Notes under the pieces: generated by a model
What the model was told of the DNA's origin: nothing
The model's database searches: none
What the model saw: the letters and a program-made list of their open reading frames with translations, nothing else
NCBI RefSeq assembly: GCF_002105155.1
Contig: NW_019028979.1
Coordinates: forward strand, 1,488,001-1,552,000
Source of the DNA: Lobosporangium transversale
Lineage: Eukaryota
Length of the DNA: 64,000 nucleotides
Reading direction: 5' to 3'
Made by a program: the position numbers and the translations under genes
Shown here: positions 12,320 to 24,468 of the stretch, piece after piece
Position numbering within the stretch: position 1 is the stretch's first letter
Layout of the letters: each line of letters starts with the position of its first letter

Positions 12320-14420
12320 ATGACCATGGACAAGAAACACACAGGAGTACCTAATGGCAAGGCAAATGGAAGTAGAAATGGGAACCGCAACAAAAATAAT
12401 ACAGTAGATAAGCTGACAGAAACGACATCGAATCTCAAGGCCTTGAACCTTGGTGGATCGTCAATAGCTGGGCAGAAAGGCCTCGGCAGTATCAATGGCG
12501 GCAGCAAAAATAACAATAACAATAGCAATAGCCACAAGAGCGGGAAGAAGTCCAAGGCGAGTTCTAAAACAACTGGATCTTCAGCAGTAGCAGCGCAAAC
12601 TTCAGTACAGGCGCCAGCAAAGAAATCAGCCGACCCGGTCCTCTTAGGCATGCCAGATTCCCCCATGGATCCCCAGGACGACACAGACCCATATATTACA
12701 AAAATTGGCGGCATCCCAGTATGTTTTATCAAGATTTCTTACTCCTTGGAACTCATCTCTATCTTACTTCTTAGCATGTCTAATTTCTGATCCTCATTGT
12801 GATCACCACTATCTTAGTCTTGGTTAGATCAAGATGTGCCTGCGCCATCCAAGTATGGAATATGCAAAGCATGCGGCAAGGATATGTACCTCCTACTGCA
12901 AGCCTATGTCCCGCTCGAAAAATCTCCATATGACCGTGTAGTCTATGTATGGGCTTGCAACCAACGACTTTGCATGCGCAAGGAGGGCAGGTAAGCTGCT
13001 GTCTCGGAATTACATCTCTTTTGTTTTCTGGGATCGTTTTGACTAATTGGAACGTTCTCTTTGGTTTGCTTAGTTTCCGAGTTGTCCGTGCACTTAAGTT
13101 AAACCCTGAATATGCACGGAAACTAGAAAAGAAGCCAAAGCTTTCAGTAGCCCCTGTCACCACATCAGCATCAACATCTGGAGCGCCGCTCTTAGCAGCC
13201 AATCCCTTTGCAACATCTGGGGCCACTAATATGGGAAGTACACTCTTTGGTGGATCAAGCGTAGCATTCAACAATCCTTTTGCGTCTGTAGGTTACCAAT
13301 GTAGTCAAATTGGAAAGGATACTAGAAGACTATATTTGAACCTCGGCTGACACCTTTATATGACAATATATTGTTTAAACATAGACCACCAACAATATAA
13401 ATCCTTTCGCACCGCCTCCAGGGTTCGGAACTGGAACCCCTATCACTACTCCACCTTGTACTACTATCAAATCCTTTGCAAGCGCTGCATCTGCAGCTAT
13501 TACCCCGACAGAAGAATCATCCAGCGAATCAGAAGAGGAACACGACACTGTTGAAGGTACATACGTACAAATCGCAAATTCTACAAACAACCCATTTGCC
13601 CATTACCCAATGAACCCGATTTTCTACACACGGCAAATACTTTTTTCCTGATCCTCACTTTTGTATTTCTTTCTGTTTTTCAGAACCTTCAACATGGCCT
13701 GAGAATCCAGTAGGGTTTGACCCATATTACCTCTACATTACTGAGGAAGTCTTGGAAGATTCACATCCATTGGACGACGATATCTCACAACGATACAGCC
13801 ACCTAATGGCTTTAGAAGAAGCCGCAAATAGGAATGATGCTAGCGAGGAGGATGGTGAGGATAGCATTTCAGCCGCCACCTGGAGCGGCGAAGCATACGA
13901 GAAGGCGGCTCTTCCCAAAGGGGTTGATAAAGCATTTAAGAAATTTACAAAGCGCGTCCAATCATGGCCAGATCAATGCGTTCGTTACGATTTCCCTGGT
14001 GTGCCTCTCCTATTCTCATATTCGGATCGTACTGCACATTTGTTACTACCTCCAAATGTTGCTTCTCATTCCAAGCATACTACACCCAGCGCGCACAGAA
14101 TCCCTAGATGTCCAAGCTGTAAAGGTCCTAGAGGATTTGAGTTTCAGTTGATGCCTAATTTATTGTCGCTACTGGATGTCACCTCCAAGAAGTATCTTTC
14201 CGAAGAAGAGAAGAAAAGCTTAAAGGAACGGAAAGGAGCTCAAGTATTTGATATTGGAATGGAATGGGGCACTGTTCTAGTATACAGCTGCGTGGAGGAT
14301 TGCTTTGGCAAGAAAGCCACGGCAGCAGCGATGCAAGGCGAGGATGATGACAATAGCAATAATAATTCACAAAAGGTTAAATATTTTGAAGAAGTCGCCT
14401 TAGTACAGTTTGAAGACTAA
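12320..14420 (+). CDS. TSR4: PDCD2L/TSR4-like ribosomal protein uS5 chaperone (PDCD2_C domain), multi-exon
   Basis: VLLGMPD, TKIGGIP|SWL, CKAC...LLLQAYVP, DRVVYVWAC...C, FKKFTKRV...PDQCVRYD.PGVPL, CPSC...FEFQLMP, GMEWGTVLVYSC, QFED*. Confidence 0.9.
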
Positions 14421-14539
14421 GAAAAGCTTATTAAATACACATAAACTCGAGTGAAACATTTCTGTTATATTTGATGATGAAAACGGCTACAGTCGAAACT
14501 AGATAACAAGCATTAAAAAAAACCCCCTCTACTCTTTAC

Positions 14540-16055
14540 CTAACCACTAGGAGTATTCAATGCACCCTGCCCCGAAGCTTTGGCTTCCTGCTCTTGCTTC
14601 TGTTGTTGATCCAATAGTTGTTGCTTGGCTTGTGCTTCAGCCTCCAAGATCTGAAGTCTTTGGATCTCATCGCCCTTCATCCTCGTCCAGACATAGTCCT
14701 GTGCAATTACTCCGACAGCAAGGCGGATACAATCCACCATCCTATCCTCAACCCACTCATTCTCTTCGTAAGGGATCAATAACCATTGAGCAGGCATACT
14801 CTGCGAGCAAGACTCAAAATTGAGCTTATGGGTGGGGTCGTGAAGGACAATGACGAATGTGAGGAATGTATCTTTGTCCATGGCCTTACTGCTGGTTTCA
14901 CCTTCTGAGCCCTTTGAAGCATCAGCAGCCTTTGAAGCATTGAAGCCATGACGAGGTACGCGGCAAGGCTGGATGGCCATAAAAACAGGACAGACGGATG
15001 CATTTGTATTGGGATTCTTGGTGGCAGTAGGCGCCGATCCTTGGTATTTCTCTACATCGTAGTGTGACTTGACCAAATGTTCAATGTTGGCTTTCGCGAG
15101 TTTGACAGCTTGTTCATAGCCTTCACAAGCGTTCAATTGTCGATCCTCAGGTGCGATATCTTCTGATCCTGGGCTAGTGGTGCCTGCACCTTGATGGACG
15201 ACCACGTCGCCGCCATCAGTCTGCTCCATTACTTTGGAGAAAGCTTTGTAGACAATCGACTCCAGACCGACGTAACCAACCATATCATGTGCAAGCCAAA
15301 CCTCAACAATTTCATGCTCTGCTATCGGTGGTGCTACCACGTCCAGGACTGCAGTCATGGAACTAAGTGTCAAAGACTTGATATCGTTTCCTTTTGGAGA
15401 ATAAAATAAAATAAAATAAAATAAAAATGGAGCTGAGTTATTTTTTCTTTTCCATTCTTTTTCTTTCTTTTCCTTTCTTTGTAAAAATTTTCAACTTACC
15501 AATCTTGCCAATGTTCTCCGCGTTGACAAAGCCTTTGACGCGATTCTCGAAATTCTTAGTAGCCTGACTCTCCATGGTCGCTTTCACTGAACTCTGGACT
15601 ACAGTCTGTGTGGTCTTGACGGCCTCAGAAGCAGTTGACCATAAGCTACCTAGCCACGATGACCTTGTATCTACTGGTGCCTGCGGTTGCTGTTGTTGTT
15701 GATGCTGCTGATGTTGTTGCTGTTGCTGTTGCTGAAGATACCTTGAAGGCAATGCCGCAGACGCGTCATAGATCGATTGCTTTCCTTGTGAACCTGTAGG
15801 TGACTGAACCTTGGAGTCCAACCCAGTGGTAGATGAGGCAGCGGACTGAGTGATTTCGTCTAGAAAGTCGAGAACAGATTGCTCATCCTGTGGATTGGCT
15901 CCGTTTCCAGCAACACCATCCGAAGTCGAGGGCACATTCAGAGCATGGGAAGTGCCGTCGGAGTCATGAGTTAAAGAGCCAGTTCCGGTCTTATTTGTGG
16001 GCGCAGTATCAAGCGAGTCGAGAAACTGAAGAACGTCGTCGTCCTTTGAAGACAT
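14540..16055 (-). CDS. MTC1: Maintenance of telomere capping protein 1-like (2 exons: 16055-15500, 15390-14540)
   Basis: DVLQFLDSL and SVLDFLDEI N-terminal motifs, SWLGSLWS, APPIAEHE, HDMVGY...VYKAFSKVMEQ, SQSMP..W, VGVIAQDYV..RM. Confidence 0.85.
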
Positions 16056-16058
16056 TTT

Positions 16059-16093
<35 letters not shown>

Positions 16094-16330
16094 AAAAGAA
16101 AAAGAAAAGAAAAGAAAAGCAAGAAAGAAAGAAAGAAAAAAAGAGAGAAAGTGTTTATCGTGTTTTGAACAAACTAAAGTGAAAAGGCTGATGCAAAATG
16201 GAGCACTAATGAATAGAGAAGCAGATAAAGCTCAGCTCGTCCCTCCCTGCAAAAGAAGGTTGAAACGAGAACCTCACCTCCGTGGCTTGTAGTAAATTTG
16301 TCTTTATTGTAATATTTTAGCAGTAGATTT

Positions 16331-16553
16331 TTAACTGAACATCTTGCTGTATGCAGCCTTCTCCTTCTTCTTGAAGGCAGCTTGTTTGGAGCTGATCACA
16401 GACAATAAACTTGTGAACGTAGTATCACCAGGCGCAAGGTCCAATCCACGTTGAGCATATTTCTTGGCATCTTCGAACTCACTCAATCCCAGATATGCCT
16501 GTGCGAGACGATAGGTGACTTTAACATGGTCGGGTTGGCTGCTCAAGGCCTAC

Positions 16554-16584
<31 letters not shown>

Positions 16585-17760
16585 AAATGTATGAGCAATA
16601 TGTTACGGAACGAAATCAAAATCGATAATTTAAAAGTAAAGCATAGTGACAATACCTGCAGACATGCTTCCGCAGCCTTTCCGTTTTCGTTCAGTTTCAA
16701 GTAAGCAGCAGCCAAGTTGGCGAGAAGAGCTACCTTGAGGGGCGTGGCCTCTTGAATCTGTTCTTCAGTGGCGCCTTCAAAATCCTTAAGTGCATCAGCA
16801 CCTTCCTTATATGCCTTTGCAGCCGTCGCGTTATCTCCTGCCTTGAATGATTCATTTCCTTGGTCCTTCTTCTTCTTAGCAAGGGCCAACTTAGCTTTGG
16901 GATTATCGGCAGACTAAATATAATACCAACAAGGAAAAAGAGAAATGTGTAAGAGTTTGATATATGGATCTTAGCGCGTTGAGAATGAACAATATGGCAA
17001 TGATATATACCTCTTGGAAATCGAACAGCTCGACCTCAAATTTAAGAGTCGAATTTCCAGGGATCTTTGGTGGGCTTCCGTGTTCACCGTAAGCTGACAT
17101 TGGTTATTAATCCACGAATAAAATTTTAGAATATCAGACACAATGTCTTCATTCTATCTCAAATAAAAAGATGACCAGGCGGTTTACGTACCATATGACG
17201 GAGCACACACAAGCTCTGCTAACTCTCCAACCTTCATTGTCTTGACACCCTCATCCCATCCCTTGATTACTTGGCCTAATGAATGGCATAAATTAAAATA
17301 AATAAAAGAGATGAGGAAAATGGTATCGGGCTTCTAACTCAAGCAGCTAATTTGCAATTGATATGTTTGAATCATCAACCTCTGAAGAAATGTCTTACCA
17401 ACGCCGAGCTTGAAGTTGAAAGGAGAGCCACGGTCGCGCGAAGAGTCAAACTTGTCGCCGTTGCTAAAGAGCGTTCCAACATAATGAACTAATCTCAAAG
17501 GTAAATGATCATGATAGCATGGAAGGTGAGAATGCAGTTTACTGTGCGTTCTTAAAAAACCAGTGATTTTTTGTATAATAATCATTGTCTATCATATCTA
17601 CCGTTGCTGTTCAATACACTAAAACACTGAAATTCAGGCCCTTACCAGTAACATTCGAGCCTTTTGTGGGGGAATCGCCAGAACCCTCACGAAGGATCTT
17701 CTTCCAAAGCAATCCATCGACAACGGGAAGGTAGTCTTCAGGGATATTCAGGTCGCTCAT
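16331..17760 (-). CDS. FKBP-type peptidyl-prolyl isomerase with C-terminal TPR domain (6 exons)
   Basis: [58 protein letters not shown]; TPRs [27 protein letters not shown]; terminal EKAAYSKMF. Confidence 0.92.
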
Positions 17761-18468
17761 GATGAATAAATAGGTGGAAGTAAATGTGTAAGATTGAATG
17801 AATTGTAGATCTTTTTCTTTTCGAGATGTCTTGCCTTTTTATGTGTGCACCATTGGCTACTTTTCTGGAGTGTTCTTTGCGCCAGTCACAGACGCGTTTG
17901 TGTAATGCATAGAAAAAAAAAAAAAAAAAAAAAAAACAAGTATACTCCCCACAAGTGCATAATTCGCTCTCCGAGTCCTAGACTAAAACTGAAACGGGTA
18001 AGAGTAATGGATGGTTAAATGGCTGAGCGAGCAACAAGTACGGTAACCCAATTGTAGGATGTGCAGCCACGAGCCGAAAGAAAAAAAACAGACAACATAA
18101 TAAAGATAACAATTGCGTTTGAAAGACAGGAAGGATTTGCAAAAATGCATACACTAGCCGTTGCATATCGCCCCTTTTCATTTAATGTCTCCATTGGCCT
18201 GTGGGTATGCTTGAAATAGAAGGCATCTTTTTTTATTCATACTTTTATGCAAAAAAAAAAAAAAAAAAAAATGTATAAAAAGTGCATCAACCCCATGTGT
18301 AACAAATGAAGGATAAATAAATGGACATTGATCTGCATTTCTCACAAAGAACATTAAAAAAAGCTCCTTCTGAGTTCTCCTCAACCTCTTTTATCTTTAT
18401 CTTGTTCTTCCTTAAAACTTTCCAAAGCTCTGATCTTGGCTCTAGTTCCATTATAATTAATCATCAAA

Positions 18469-21045
18469 ATGAAGACTAAAAGTTGGACCAAGCTGTTCAA
18501 ACTGTCCAGGTCCACAAACACTGCCTTGACATCTACCTCAATTACTACCTCAGGCTCCTCAACGGATTTACCATACATACCACCGCCACCTGCATTGCAT
18601 ACTAACATCCCATCATCCTCAATCTTGGCCACACCTCCGAACAAGAAGCAAATCGCACGGTCGATCTTTGGGCTTGGTGGTGGAAATAGCTCCGTTCACA
18701 GTCTCCTAACATCAGTTCTCAGCTTGAGCAACGAACAAGGCACTCCCAAGGCTTCGACTCAGCCTTACGTTGCCACATCGACTGCAAGCAGCACCACTTT
18801 GCATTCAAGCTTCAATGCGAAAAATGATTCATCTACCGTCTCCGGCAGTGAGGAACTCGAAACCACAACACTTTACTACTATCCACCACCTCCCCCATCG
18901 CCAGTGGCCCCAGAAACCCAGAGTAAAAAGAAGGATCGGCCACCAAAACACCAGGAAAAACAGAATTATCTACACCATGAATTAACTGAACTGGACAATC
19001 ATCGCGATCCCAAAGAATCAGACAGCTTCTTGACAGGCACCTCAATGGGCGATCATCAGAGCAACAAAAGCTCAGGCAACACCAGTTACAATTCAGAGAT
19101 GGGTACCACACGAGCCAGATCTGGTAGTATGCCCTCAAGCCCACCTCCAGCTTATTGGACATCCTCCAAGCCGCGACCACACGAGCTTACATCCTTACCA
19201 CAGCAATATGTTCAGTATTTGCAATTGCAGCAACAGCAGCAGCATAATCAACAGAAATCATCTGTAAGCCAAACCCCTACTCCTACTTCAGCCAATATCC
19301 CAATACAAATTGCGAAGGGCTCAGGAAGCGAGTCTGGCTGGGGACTATCATATTCAAGCGATGTAATCAAAAGATTGAGGGGGTCAATTGTAAGCATGAC
19401 AAAGACCGGATCTTGTCCGTCTGCATTTTTAGGACCTTCTCCGCCGACGAATAGCCATATACGTGACCTCAAGAGCATCTCAAAGAAGAGTTGCACTGAT
19501 GAACCATTCATGCCGTCTTCGAGCGTCCTACTCTGCCCCAATAATACTCCCACTGTATCTGATGAACTAAAGTCTATATTAATGGCTCAGAGTGCCACCC
19601 AGCCACGGGCAGCAGATGAAATGACTCATGAGGAGCTAGTAAAAGCCGTGGACACGCTTCATGACACTGTCGATGACCTATCTCGCAAGCTTGCAATGGT
19701 GATGAGTGTCACTGGTAATGTTCATGCCCAACACCAGCAGCGGCAGCAGTTGTCAAGTGTTTGTTTGCCAGTATCAACAACGCTCACCACTTCAGCGCCT
19801 TTCTTGGCTCACATTGATGACCTACAGCACCAGCTCTATCCTCAATTTCAATCGTCCCAATTATCAGTTTCACCAATATCTACTCTTGAGCCCTTGCCGA
19901 TTAAAGATGTAGAGAAAGACATACTGCCGGGCCCTGTAGCCTCACCAACAACCAAGCAGAGCTGGTCGCAGACCAATAGTCAACGTACTTATCGTCGGCA
20001 AGCATCACCTCCTCCCCCACCAAGGTTGCAGGCCTTCTATAAGCTACCAACTCTACAGCTCTCATCACCTTCACTGCCCATTTCACCATCTACTCTTCAG
20101 CCTCCACCATCATATTCAATTCCCCCTCCTCCTGTTGCTTCTATTTCTTTAGCAACATCTGTAACACCCCCACAACTGACAACACAATTTCTCTCGCCAT
20201 CACTGCGTCGTAATCTATCCACTCCAAAACTCATATCGACCAGCGTCCAGCCCAGTGAGGTACCTGATCCACACCCGCACGACCATGACGCAGGCACTGT
20301 CGATCCTATCATTATTAGCACAGCTTGCATTGATAATCCATTAAATACCACCCTTACAAATAAACCAGCCACTCGCAACCACACCATCGGAAGCCTAAGC
20401 ACCAAAGTAGAAGTAACTGCTTTACATGAAAAGAAAACGCTCTCAACCTTCTCTGACTCCATCCACCAAACAATTCAAAACTATAGCACCGATATACCGG
20501 GACAAGGATATAAGGCACGAAAGCGACAGTGCACCAATAAAGCATTTGAACGGGATAATACACAGCAGTCGAGCCCCATCATCTTATGTGCTCCACTAAT
20601 CCATAAAACACAACCTCCGATCATCGCTTCTGGCAAAGTAAAAGTCAAAACTTCATCACAGTCACCTTCTTTTCATTCACGCGTACGCCCAGACAAAAAA
20701 TCGCGATATGGGCGTGTGTTTCCAAGTACAATAACAATTGCAGGTGCAAGCGCAATAGAGTGTAGAAATACGACGATAAGAGTAAGGAACCATCCTATCC
20801 GACCAGCTCGTTCTAGTGAGGATTTGTCTTCAACGCTTGCACGGATGGATGACACATTAGCGATCCTCCAACATGAATGGCCAGAATTGTTCGCGAATAT
20901 ACATGAAGAGCAAGAATTGGATCATCCATCCAAGGCTCAAAAGGATCGGTCAAATACTCTCTGTTTGAACGATCAAGTCTTGGCGATGGAAGGGCAGTTA
21001 CGCGTGGAATTAATGCAAAACAATAGCAACAGCATCGCAAGGTAG
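18469..21045 (+). CDS. Hypothetical 858-aa Ser/Pro/Thr/Gln-rich, largely disordered protein, intronless
   Basis: 2.6-kb ATG-initiated ORF free of the homopolymer tracts typical of non-coding DNA here; short coiled-coil-like segments; no domain recognised. Confidence 0.75.
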   Translation: MKTKSWTKLFKLSRSTNTALTSTSITTSGSSTDLPYIPPPPALHTNIPSSSILATPPNKKQIARSIFGLGGGNSSVHSLLTSVLSLSNEQGTPKASTQPYVATSTASSTTLHSSFNAKNDSSTVSGSEELETTTLYYYPPPPPSPVAPETQSKKKDRPPKHQEKQNYLHHELTELDNHRDPKESDSFLTGTSMGDHQSNKSSGNTSYNSEMGTTRARSGSMPSSPPPAYWTSSKPRPHELTSLPQQYVQYLQLQQQQQHNQQKSSVSQTPTPTSANIPIQIAKGSGSESGWGLSYSSDVIKRLRGSIVSMTKTGSCPSAFLGPSPPTNSHIRDLKSISKKSCTDEPFMPSSSVLLCPNNTPTVSDELKSILMAQSATQPRAADEMTHEELVKAVDTLHDTVDDLSRKLAMVMSVTGNVHAQHQQRQQLSSVCLPVSTTLTTSAPFLAHIDDLQHQLYPQFQSSQLSVSPISTLEPLPIKDVEKDILPGPVASPTTKQSWSQTNSQRTYRRQASPPPPPRLQAFYKLPTLQLSSPSLPISPSTLQPPPSYSIPPPPVASISLATSVTPPQLTTQFLSPSLRRNLSTPKLISTSVQPSEVPDPHPHDHDAGTVDPIIISTACIDNPLNTTLTNKPATRNHTIGSLSTKVEVTALHEKKTLSTFSDSIHQTIQNYSTDIPGQGYKARKRQCTNKAFERDNTQQSSPIILCAPLIHKTQPPIIASGKVKVKTSSQSPSFHSRVRPDKKSRYGRVFPSTITIAGASAIECRNTTIRVRNHPIRPARSSEDLSSTLARMDDTLAILQHEWPELFANIHEEQELDHPSKAQKDRSNTLCLNDQVLAMEGQLRVELMQNNSNSIAR

Positions 21046-22021
21046 TCTTTCTATTAAACATAAATCTTGATGTTGATCACGGTTATGAGTATACGGAGCC
21101 TAGATGGTCTCTTTTGTTTGAGGATCAACAAAAAAAGAAAAGAAAAATATAAATATAAATATAAATAAATTGACATTAAGGGCAAATATGTTTAAATAGC
21201 TAGAATACATGGCGCTGTACACTGAAGTTTTTAATTTCTTGCTTTGCGCCAACCTGTGACCATTTAGCAATGAAAACAGCAAGCATTGTATATATTTATA
21301 TGTATATTAAATTCTCGTGTGCTCAGCGCCAGGGTCCAGAACCATGGTATTCATGATATATATATACTTTTATGATGCGACGAGAGAAAATTCAAAACAA
21401 GTACAAACATGAAACAAGGAGGTCACACAAGGAGGCAAGCCAGTATCACATTTTTCACTCTTCTCATCGCAGTGTGCATTTGTCATACAATCCACATTCC
21501 AGTGCATTTTCATGATGCTCACATAAATTTAAACAGATATTCAAAGGGATTTGTTTTTGTTTTTGTTTTTTTTTCTTTCTTCAACTCTACTTCGTCGCTC
21601 TCAGTGATGCTCTTGTTGATTTGATGTTGATTTTCTTGTGGTGATTTGCTGACCAAGGGCGTCTGTTTGCCAGAGGCGAATGTTAATCCTCTTTTACCTT
21701 TTTGTAGGCGCCAGAATAATGTCATAATTCCAATAGTATAAAACCAATCGATCCTTCCTGGCAACCTTCTTTATTCTCCTTCAACTTTTTTTTTTTTTTC
21801 CTCTTTTTATGACCTTTAACCTTTAATTTCTCTGTCGTTTTTTTTTTTTTTTTTTTTTTTTTTTTTCTCCATCTCTATTTTTGTACCCTCTTTACCTGTC
21901 TTTCTTTTACGCACGCCCCTTGTATATTTCCATATTCTCTCTTATTTGCATTTTGTCACATTCGCACTGTGACGACATTAAATAATACCTTGCTATCATC
22001 CAATCCCTTTCCAGCGGCACA

Positions 22022-23233
22022 ATGCTTATTCTTGCACATATCTCCATGCTCTTGTTGAGTGTGTTCTTCCTCAGTCCATCTGTCCACGCTCAAGATTTTC
22101 AACCAGTGGTCGTCTCTTCATCCGCCAGCGCATTTAAAGAACTTCAAGGACTATATATCCTTGGGGGATATACAGCAGACAAATCTGTCAATTCACAAAC
22201 ATTCATGCTCGACCTCTCACAATCTTGGGACGCGGTTAACCCTATTGTTCAGAAACTCCCCGATGGTCCCCTTTCATGGGACATGCCTAGTACACTCACA
22301 GCTGATGGACAGGGCTGGTTCGCTCTCGTAAATGGAACTGGTTACCTGTATGATATCAAGAATTCGACGTGGAGTACAGTTCTACACAATAATAGCAAAA
22401 TCAACTCTGAAATGGGCCTAAAAGCAATCACTGATCCAGAGACTGGCATGATCTATGTCCCAAATGGACACATTGAAAAAAACCAAATGTCCATGCTGAC
22501 TGTAAACCTGAATACTACAAAAATTGGATCTGTACCGATGCCGTCGGGTTTCAATACATCATCTCTTTATTCTGCAGCATGGAGCGCTTCTCGTAAGAGT
22601 ATGGTTTTCATTTCAGAATCGGCCGACTCTCTTTACTCTTATAGTACCACCGATGGATGGACCCACTTGAACGTTACTGGCGATATTCCATCTCCTCGTG
22701 TCTCCAGTTGTCTGCTCCCTATGAATGACGACTCTAAAATAGTACTCTTTGGTGGGTACTCTAGGACAGAGCATAGAAGCCTTAACGACATCTATGTCTT
22801 GGACCTAGCTTCGCTAGTATGGACAAGAGGACCTAATGTGGACGAAGCAAATGGTCGCGATTCTGCTGCCTGTGCCATTTCCAACGACTTCTTTATTGTC
22901 TGGGGAGGGATTTCAAGTAACTCTACCCAGGATGCGGCTCCCAGTAAAGTTACGATCGTATACAACTTGGAGAGGTCTGTTTGGGTCTCTCGATACAATA
23001 CTCCTGCACCGATAGATGCCAATAGTCATTCTCGTATGTTGTACCAAATCGGGACTGTGCTCGGAGGCGTGTTTGGAGGGATAATGTTTCTAGGCATCAT
23101 TGCTTATGCCATCTACCACCGACGCGTCCCAAAACCTGTTCAGATCTATCAAAACCACTATCCAGCCAGCTTTGACGACTACCAGACAACATATTCCTAT
23201 GGTTATGCAGATTCAAAGACCACTTTAGTTTAG
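22022..23233 (+). CDS. Signal peptide + Kelch/galactose-oxidase-type beta-propeller + single TM helix (403 aa, intronless)
   Basis: Signal peptide ending VHA-Q; GG-containing Kelch blades (LYILGG, IVLFGG, FIVWGG, each followed by a W); TM IGTVLGGVFGGIMFLGIIAYAIY followed by HRR. Confidence 0.88.
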   Translation: MLILAHISMLLLSVFFLSPSVHAQDFQPVVVSSSASAFKELQGLYILGGYTADKSVNSQTFMLDLSQSWDAVNPIVQKLPDGPLSWDMPSTLTADGQGWFALVNGTGYLYDIKNSTWSTVLHNNSKINSEMGLKAITDPETGMIYVPNGHIEKNQMSMLTVNLNTTKIGSVPMPSGFNTSSLYSAAWSASRKSMVFISESADSLYSYSTTDGWTHLNVTGDIPSPRVSSCLLPMNDDSKIVLFGGYSRTEHRSLNDIYVLDLASLVWTRGPNVDEANGRDSAACAISNDFFIVWGGISSNSTQDAAPSKVTIVYNLERSVWVSRYNTPAPIDANSHSRMLYQIGTVLGGVFGGIMFLGIIAYAIYHRRVPKPVQIYQNHYPASFDDYQTTYSYGYADSKTTLV

Positions 23234-23695
23234 ACTCCTCTTCCCTCCCCCCTTGCGTTTCCTCTTACACACACACACACACGCTTGTGCCCCGCCTCCT
23301 GTAAAATACACGAAGAATTCCTCCTATCATGATCATGACCCAAACCAAAACGTTGCACGTTGGAAACACGAAAAATAAACAAAAAAAAAAAAATTAATAC
23401 CCTGCATAATAAAACCGTAATAATGTTTAAACAACATTAGTCTAGGGTTTCTTTGTCATATGCATTCAATATCAGTACCCGACCTGCTTTTTTTTTTTTT
23501 TTTTTTTTTTTGTTCACCATTACAGATTAATCAATCAGTTTTCTGGAAAGATGCCCCTTTGTTCATGTTTATACAGACGATACGAATGTCCTTAATATGA
23601 GATTGGGGCCAGGCCTTTTTCTTTTCTTTTTCTTTTTCTTTTTTCTTTCAATAAACATTAATCTTCAGACGGGAAACCCTTCGGACAAAAAGAGT

Positions 23696-23768
23696 ATGAT
23701 GAGGATATAGATATGTGTATACTGAGTTAGTATAGCACATCTACACATGCCATGTTTTAGGGCTCTGA
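23696..23768 (+). ncRNA. Possible box C/D snoRNA (weak candidate)
   Basis: ATGATGA (23696) ... CTGA (23722) ... CTGA (23765), 73 nt, flanked by AGTA/TACT; no clear C' box. Confidence 0.2.
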
Positions 23769-24269
23769 TACTGAAGTACGTCAGTTCTCCTCTTACTGGC
23801 TCGTGTGTATGTGTGCATTAGCATTACCATAGATTGTCGAGAGCAATAAGTCGTAGTAGAGCGAAACGATGAAAAAATGAGGTGATGGTCCCCCCCCCCT
23901 CCCTCCTCCACTCCACCTTCGCCCCCCTTTGGTGTGTGAACTTTTTCCCTTTTTTTTTTTTTTGTTGCCCCTGCACCTGACGTTTTTTGTTGATCTGGGA
24001 TGGAGAAACGAGTAAGAGGGAGAGACAGCGAATTGAAGCTTAAATGCTATTGGAGCGGTAAAAAATCTTGTATCACCATCAATTAATTACTGGCAATTTC
24101 GGCACTAAATGCCTTTTCTGTACAAGACCATGAATTTAACGTGTGGTCAGCAAAAAGGAAATCCAAAAAATCAGATTAAATTGCCTCCCATGTGAGATCT
24201 TTTGTAGCACCCCTTTTGTGTGCCAGACCAAGGTAATTTTTTCCAAAATAAAAGTGGGTGGCGTGGACG

Positions 24270-24468
24270 ATACAGCAGCATATACAGCGAATACAACAGA
24301 TGCAGCTATGCAGGTTATGCAACTTATACAGCTTATACAGTAACAAAGTTGTACGGTTTAAACAGTATATAGTATATAACTTATACAGTAACGCAGTTGT
24401 ACAGTTTATACAGTAACACAATCATACAGCAAATACAGCAAGTATATACAGTAATACAACATTACACC
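24270..24468. repeat. Degenerate intergenic minisatellite, about 9-bp unit ATACAGNNN
   Basis: About 20 variants of (T)ATACAG in tandem; a 36-bp block recurs at about 24332-24367 and 24380-24415. Confidence 0.8.

Noticed and set aside
14465..14510. TGATGA...GAAAC sequence resembling a hammerhead ribozyme core
   Set aside because: Lacks the CUGANGA core and properly placed stems I-III.
24270..24468. Repeat array considered as CRISPR-like
   Set aside because: Units are short, degenerate and contiguous, with no unique spacers and no cas genes; eukaryotic context.
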